NCBI GenBank assembly: GCA_000004985.1
Contig: GG738905.1
Reading direction: 5' to 3' (one strand)
From: Naegleria gruberi
Lineage: Eukaryota
DNA: 64,000 nucleotides
Under the pieces are notes generated by a model. That model did no database searches. It worked only from the letters and a program-made list of their open reading frames with translations, and had not been told where the DNA came from. Below are positions 58,324-64,000 of the stretch, piece after piece (position 1 is the stretch's first letter; every line of letters begins with the position of its first letter). A program made the translations under genes and the position numbers.

Positions 58324-60483
58324 ATGTGGAAGACATTGCAAAAGAGAGGAATAATTTCCTCCATTGTTGCCAATAACAGCAGTGGCAGCACTTCTACTAC
58401 CAATATTCATTCGAAAAGTCGTTTGATGATCAATTCTTCCTCTTCTTCATTGTCCAATTCTCTCATCACCAATAATAAGAAAAGATCTTTTGTACAGCCT
58501 GTAAATAAGCTTTTTACATCTAATCAACAACAAGAATTAATAGATATTAATAATAAGAATAATAATTTATCATCATCATCTTTATCAACAATACAACAAA
58601 CACGTAAATTCAGTACCATCAATAATTCTACAAATAATTCAACAACAACAGCAAGTTCTAAACAAATCATTGAAGAAAATAGTAATATAATTATTAATTT
58701 ATTGAGAAAGCTTGGAAAGGGAATCTTTTATCTTTCCTTTGGAATATTAGGTGCTTTAATTTCAGCCTTTCTATTGATGAAGGGTTGTTTAGAACTTTTT
58801 ACTAGATTTAAACTCGATGATCCAGAAGATGCACTCTTTTATAATGAAGCACTCATCAAATTCATGTATAATTTGGAGAATTTAGATAGATTTGTTAGGG
58901 CTTTCTTTACACTCTTTGTTATTGCTGGAGATTATTTCCTTCTCTTGGATACATCATGGAAGAATCCAAAGTATTGGTTCGGAGCACCTTTTCCTGATAA
59001 GAATTCAGATGAATTCAAGCAATTAAAGAAGGCACATCACTATATGAATGCAGTAAGATTGAAGAATTTGTTCATGTCTTTCAAGGGAATATATATCAAG
59101 TATGGTCAATTCTTTGCTTCGTTGGGAGGATGGATTCCAGATGAATATTGTACTGTAATGGCTGCTATGAGAGATCAAGCACCTACTGTTGGATATGATG
59201 AAGTGAGAAAGGTCATTCATCAAGATTTTGGAAAACCACTCGAGGAATTGTTTATTGAATTTGAGAAGGAACCAATTGCTTCTGCCTCTATTGCTCAAGT
59301 ACACAGAGCAAGAACTAAGGATGGCACTCTTGTTGCTGTTAAAATTCAATATCCCTATGTAAGAAGATTCTTCTTCAATGACATGGAAACCAATGATATT
59401 GCAAACAAGTTTTCAATTAATGTATACTATTTGCAAGATGATGCAGAGAATATTGATGCATTGGTAGCTCTCAACAACAAGTTCAATGAGGAGTTGAAGG
59501 ATGGTCTCTATACGGAACTTAACTTTTTACATGAGGCCAACAATGCAACCAAGGCAGCCGCAAACATGAAAAAGAGAAAGGACATTTACATTCCTAAAGT
59601 CTACTCTGATTTGACTAGTTCAAGAGTTTTGACTATGGAATTTATTGAGAATGCAGTGAAGGCAGACAATGTTGAAGCTATTAGAAAGATGGGATTTAGT
59701 GAATCAGACATTTCCAAGAGAATTTTAAAGTCCTTCTCTGAACAAATCATGGTTCATGGCTTGTTCCATTGCGACCCTCACCCTTCCAATATTCTTGTTA
59801 GACAAAACCCAAAGAATCCATCTGAACCACAAATTGTCATTCTCGACCATGGTTTATATAAGGAAATTGATGATGACTTCCGTAGAAATTATGCTAATTT
59901 TTGGATGAGTATTATTCTTGGAGATACCAAACACATGGAAAGATATTGCAATCAATTGGGAATTTCTGATTACAAGCTCTATGCTTCCATTATCATGATG
60001 CAAGGTTTTGACTCTCTTGTTTCTACTCAAAACGAAAAACAACTTACTGAAAAGGATTGGGAAGAGTTCTTCACAGCCATGCAAGTTCAAAGAGATGATT
60101 TTGTGAATATTTACAAGAATATGCCAGACAATATGGTCTTTATTTTGAGAACTGATAATATCCTCCGTGCTCTTAACAGAGATTTAGGAGCTAAGGTCAA
60201 TAGATTTTCAATCATGGCTAGAGCTGCTGCTAAGGGATGTTCCATTAGAAGTGACGATGGTAATATGAGTCGTTTGAGGAGAATTACTCAAAGAATTTCT
60301 TCCTTGTCAAGCAGAGCTTATTTTGAAATGAGATTATTCTGGCTCACCTATGTTAAATCATCACTCCTAGCTCTCTACGTTTCATTGTTTGGTATTTATG
60401 CTGAATGGAAGAGAAATACCACAATCGAACGTAATTTGTACATACTTGAAACATCCAAGCACATTTCTGCTGGATTTGAGTAA
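58324..60483 (+). CDS. ABC1/ADCK (UbiB-family) atypical protein kinase
   Basis: The ABC1 domain is clear: IKYGQFFAS...IPDEY, PIASASIAQVHRA...DGTLVAVKIQYP, FHCDPHPSNILV, ILDHGLYKEID. An Asn/Ser-rich N-terminal extension precedes it. Confidence 0.8.
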   Translation: MWKTLQKRGIISSIVANNSSGSTSTTNIHSKSRLMINSSSSSLSNSLITNNKKRSFVQPVNKLFTSNQQQELIDINNKNNNLSSSSLSTIQQTRKFSTINNSTNNSTTTASSKQIIEENSNIIINLLRKLGKGIFYLSFGILGALISAFLLMKGCLELFTRFKLDDPEDALFYNEALIKFMYNLENLDRFVRAFFTLFVIAGDYFLLLDTSWKNPKYWFGAPFPDKNSDEFKQLKKAHHYMNAVRLKNLFMSFKGIYIKYGQFFASLGGWIPDEYCTVMAAMRDQAPTVGYDEVRKVIHQDFGKPLEELFIEFEKEPIASASIAQVHRARTKDGTLVAVKIQYPYVRRFFFNDMETNDIANKFSINVYYLQDDAENIDALVALNNKFNEELKDGLYTELNFLHEANNATKAAANMKKRKDIYIPKVYSDLTSSRVLTMEFIENAVKADNVEAIRKMGFSESDISKRILKSFSEQIMVHGLFHCDPHPSNILVRQNPKNPSEPQIVILDHGLYKEIDDDFRRNYANFWMSIILGDTKHMERYCNQLGISDYKLYASIIMMQGFDSLVSTQNEKQLTEKDWEEFFTAMQVQRDDFVNIYKNMPDNMVFILRTDNILRALNRDLGAKVNRFSIMARAAAKGCSIRSDDGNMSRLRRITQRISSLSSRAYFEMRLFWLTYVKSSLLALYVSLFGIYAEWKRNTTIERNLYILETSKHISAGFE

Positions 60484-60841
60484 ATAGTTTTGTTTTCAAT
60501 CACTACAACTTCCATCTTTCAATTCTTCCTTCTGATTATGAATTGAATTATTAAACTTGAACTATGAGGTTTAATAATGGTATCAAGATCAAGTACTTCT
60601 ATTGTCAACTTTATCTAGAGACTTATCCTTAATGGACAAAAAGGAAACTTGACTAAACCTATCCCTCACAACCTTTTATTAATTTTTATAACCTTTTATT
60701 ATACTTTAATATTATTAAGGTATATGAACTCCGCTCCAAGGAGGAATACAATATCACACCGACAATTGCTATTTTACTACACATAAGGTAGGTACCTTCA
60801 CTGTTTCACGCACTTATTAAAAACAATGTTTGATAAAAAAA

Positions 60842-61578
60842 ATGTTCAGTGAGTTCTCGCTCTCAGTTACCTTGACAACTTGGCTCTTGTTACTTCTTGC
60901 GCTTACTGCTGTTTGCGTTCAAGGCTCATTGAGTATTCTTAACGAGCAGCAACACAACAACAAAACCAAGAAACGAAACGTTATTATCCAACTCCAAATC
61001 CTAATGATTTACCATATTATGGTTATCCATTCAGTTTTAATACCAGCACTGAATTGTTTAAAGTCTATACATATGAAGGCCCTACATGTAGTAAGGACTA
61101 TTTGATCAGCATGGAAACTCAACCTCTCTACCAACCATCTCAATCATGCCTTCAAGTGAGTCCAGGTGTCTATCAACAATCACATTGTACCTATGCAAAC
61201 TTTATTCTTAGGGAGGAATGTGATGAAGAATGTAAGGTGTGTGCAAAGATGACAACTCTCCCTCTTCAACAATGTACTCCAACAGGTGATGGTCATGCAG
61301 TCATTAGAATGTGTGGTGTTCTTCCAAGAGAGAGACCACCTAAAATGTTGTGGAAACTTCAACATGAAGAGAATGGTAAAACATCATCATGCATTCATAA
61401 TAAGGTCATTAAGGTCAATGGAACAGTCATAAAGAAGAAAAAACCTATTTGGATACCAAGAGGTTTGAGAGGTAAAATTGAAGATGATGTTTCGTGTGAC
61501 ATTAGAGATTACAATGATGGAAAGAATACTGGAAAGATTGGAATTTGTAAAGGAAATCTTGAATATGAATGTTCTTAA
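60842..61578 (+). CDS. Secreted Cys-rich protein. An intron probably separates the signal-peptide exon from the mature part.
   Basis: The signal peptide reads MFSEFSLSVTLTTWLLLLLALTAVCVQG. About 14 Cys are spread over a 170-aa downstream ORF in an overlapping frame. Confidence 0.4.
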
Positions 61579-61831
61579 AGATCACTTGCTGGAACAGAAT
61601 GGCTCATCATGCACATGAATAAATCTCAGGGCATGAGAAAACAACATTGTGTGAATAACTGATTATTGAAAGAATTGATATTGACCTCATTGTAAACAAT
61701 CGGATAATCTTTTTACATACCAAGCCAGTGACATACAATGTTGTTTCTGTATTAACAGACAATGTTTTCCTTATTGAAATGTGAAAGTTAAGAAGGATTC
61801 GAGAAGTGTCAACTTTCAACAAACAAAAAAA

Positions 61832-62250
61832 ATGAAAAAATTCTTCCAAAGCAAAAGTGTACCACAGATTGACGTTATCGATGTTCCTATAAACACGTGG
61901 ACTGTCAATAACTTTGCAGAGTGGTTAACCAGAGAACGTTACAACAAAACTGTTATTCAAGGTATGTAAAATAATCCGAAACTTTCTCTAACACTTTCCA
62001 ATAACTTTTCTCAGCCATTACTAAAGCCGGATTTGATGGTGGAGCTCTCATGAATTTCCACATTGATGATTTGGTGGATAGCAAAGTTCCCGAACCAACT
62101 GCACTCACAATCTACATTAAAATTCAAGATTTAAAAAAGAGACAAAGTCAAATGGGAATTCTTCATGGATATGTTGCAAATGATGGTTCTGATATGGTTG
62201 TTGTTGTGGCAGAAACAACCACTACATCAACTTATAGTGGTGATTTGTAA
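61832..62250 (+). CDS. Small SAM-domain protein. Exons are 61832..61961 and 62015..62250.
   Basis: The start is A-rich. WTVNNFAEWLTRERYNKTVIQ|AITKAGFDGGALMNFHIDDL fits the SAM pattern (W..V..WL...Y...F....IDG..L..L...DL). The intron is GTATGT...CTCAG in phase 1. Confidence 0.65.
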
Positions 62251-62578
62251 ATTGATTCATTGAAATGGATGGAAAATTGACTATTTTTAAATAGTTAATA
62301 TTTTTAAATATTTAATAGTAACAATAGTATTAGATAATTATTCGATGTAAAATAATGTAGAGTGGTTGGAGATGTTGGAGATGAGGAAAATTTTGTTATA
62401 TTATTTCTTGATAATTGTAAATTTATAAAACAATTTGTAAAATTAATTTCACACAAAACACAAAATGTCAATATATGAAAAGTAGATAAATAAATGTAAT
62501 TTTATTTATGAACACATTTCGATTTCCAATAAATTTGGAGAAACTCTTTGAATGAAATGATTGAGAAATGAAAATGGA

Positions 62579-63331
62579 TCATTCACCAAAATAAATTAAA
62601 ATTGAGGGCGAATCTGTTAAAAACTTCCAAGTATTTTTCAGTGAGATTCTTCTAATGTTTGGATAATCCAATTGCAACTTGACATTTACTCTTTCTGAAT
62701 CCTTAAAAAATGATTCGTATTCAGCATTCGATTCTCGAATTCTTTCTTCCTCAACCCTCAAAACTCTTTCAATTTCAGCTTCACAAATTGAATGATTATT
62801 TACAATTTTTCTCCTCAAAAAGTAAAACAAAACTCCCACAACAATTCCAATACCCAAAACGAAAGGAATTGCAATCAGAAAATAAACTAAACTATTGTCC
62901 ATGTCCACAATGAGTGGAATCACAAGACACAATGAAATTACACACAAAATCACAACTCCAACCACCACTCCAACACTATAATATTTATCCAATTTAGAAA
63001 CATGTTTTTCCATCAATGAATTGCACGGATACACAACATTTCTGATTAAATAATTTTCCTGATCTGAACTCAGCTGATTTTCCTCTTTTTCATTAATTTT
63101 CAATGATAATAACTTGGTATGAGAATCCAACTGAATGGTGGCTACTAATTTTACATCGTGTTCCTGTTCAAATGTTGGTTTTTCATCCTGTTTTTCCATT
63201 TTTGGTTTTTCCACAATAATTGATGTGGTATGTTCATCAGAAGAAAAATTGTGGATTAAATCCAATGGATCATAGGTCGGGATGGAAGTAGTTGTTTGTG
63301 CCGTGCTAGTGGATGTATCATGTTGAGCCAT
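62579..63331 (-). CDS. Single-pass membrane protein of unknown function
   Basis: The start is A-rich (MAQHDTS). One strong TM helix reads VVGVVILCVISLCLVIPLIV, followed by a second hydrophobic stretch. Confidence 0.45.
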   Translation of the reverse strand: MAQHDTSTSTAQTTTSIPTYDPLDLIHNFSSDEHTTSIIVEKPKMEKQDEKPTFEQEHDVKLVATIQLDSHTKLLSLKINEKEENQLSSDQENYLIRNVVYPCNSLMEKHVSKLDKYYSVGVVVGVVILCVISLCLVIPLIVDMDNSLVYFLIAIPFVLGIGIVVGVLFYFLRRKIVNNHSICEAEIERVLRVEEERIRESNAEYESFFKDSERVNVKLQLDYPNIRRISLKNTWKFLTDSPSILIYFGE

Positions 63332-63480
63332 TTTTTTTAAAGAAGATTTTAAAACTTTTCAACTCCTTTTTCATCTCCGAAAAACTCCTGAACATGTTTT
63401 GATAATTCAAAACATTGTTTCCAGTGGACAAACTTTGCAATTTATTACACTCCTTCTAAATTTCATGTTCTAATTATCAT

Positions 63481-63765
63481 CTAATAGTTGGCCACATGAA
63501 GAATAAGGCACCCAAAGTTCCTCCACTCAACAAGATTGCAGCCAAAAATCCTCCCCAACCAAACAAGAAGAGAGTCAACGAAAATGGAAATACTCAATCC
63601 CATCAAACCACCAGCCAGAGGTGTTCTAGCTCTAAAGTGAGTCGCTCCAATCGAATAGCCAACAATATTGATTGCAATTGGAGCTAGGAAATATTTACCA
63701 ACTAAAAGACCGTAATGGGATAAAAGTTGTTGGAAATCTGGTGAGTTGGAGGTGGTGGTAGACAT
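63481..63765 (-). CDS. Small hydrophobic protein of about 94 aa, unknown function
   Basis: There is an ATG start and two predicted helices. No motif was recognised. Confidence 0.3.
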   Translation of the reverse strand: MSTTTSNSPDFQQLLSHYGLLVGKYFLAPIAINIVGYSIGATHFRARTPLAGGLMGLSISIFVDSLLVWLGRIFGCNLVEWRNFGCLILHVANY

Positions 63766-64000
63766 GTTGTTGTGTGTTTGTTTTTTTTTAAGATCAATTG
63801 ATTGGAATGGTTAAATGTTGAATTACGGGAATAGTCCACTTGATAAGGTGATTTTAAAAGTGTGACATGACAGCTAGTTATCAGTTATGACTTGTTTTTC
63901 TCAACATGTTTTGTTTTGTATCATGCATGAAAATGAATATATAGATGCAAATCCAATTTAAAGTTGATTTTGTAAATGGTGAACTTGCAAATTGATTGCT

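Noticed and set aside
1-64000. Looked for a prokaryotic or phage defence island, an operon or CRISPR, because the prompt invites it
   Set aside because: The window is eukaryotic nuclear DNA. It has spliceosomal introns with GT-AG boundaries and correct phase, A-rich Kozak contexts, eukaryotic tRNAs and Snf7, eIF1, calmodulin and Galpha homologs. It has no CRISPR-like direct repeats and no Shine-Dalgarno-type packing.

Overview
The window reads as nuclear DNA from a moderately AT-rich eukaryote, most consistent with a dictyostelid social amoeba (Amoebozoa). I could not confirm the species. The evidence is an A-rich start context (AAAAAATG) at many first ATGs, short AT-rich spliceosomal introns of about 40-100 nt (GTAAGT/GTAGGT ... 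TAG/CAG), Asn/Gln/Ser/Thr low-complexity tracts, and gene families typical of that clade (alpha-kinase, PH-C2-RhoGAP, F-box/LRR, Galpha, tenascin-like EGF proteins). Three runs of exactly 50 N (1582-1631, 35050-35099, 37190-37239) are scaffold gaps; each truncates or abuts a gene. I resolve about 40 protein-coding genes, many with one to three small introns, and two minus-strand tRNA genes. One is tRNA-Gly(GCC). The other is a tRNA-like gene with an 18-nt insert at a non-canonical position. There is no CRISPR, no obvious transposon and no prokaryote-style operon structure. Six features seem most worth follow-up. (1) Two divergent G-alpha-like paralogs have substitutions at catalytic and guanine-contact motifs. 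(2) An alpha-kinase fused to a Cys/His cluster and a C-terminal PIN-like nuclease domain faces a second PIN-domain ORF head-to-head across an assembly gap. (3) A polytopic membrane protein carries a PAS domain and a single C2-type class III cyclase homology domain, an architecture unlike the classical dictyostelid cyclases. (4) A roughly 1,500-aa type-I membrane protein combines NHL beta-propeller repeats with near-identical tandem EGF-like units. (5) An intron-containing bacterial-type PepD (M20C) dipeptidase is present. (6) A tandem pair of small AT-hook genes has been duplicated together with its 5' flank. Exon boundaries were derived by hand and may be off by 1-2 nt. Several starts in the ORF track are alternative (TTG) starts, and I moved them to the first in-frame ATG with an A-rich context where visible.
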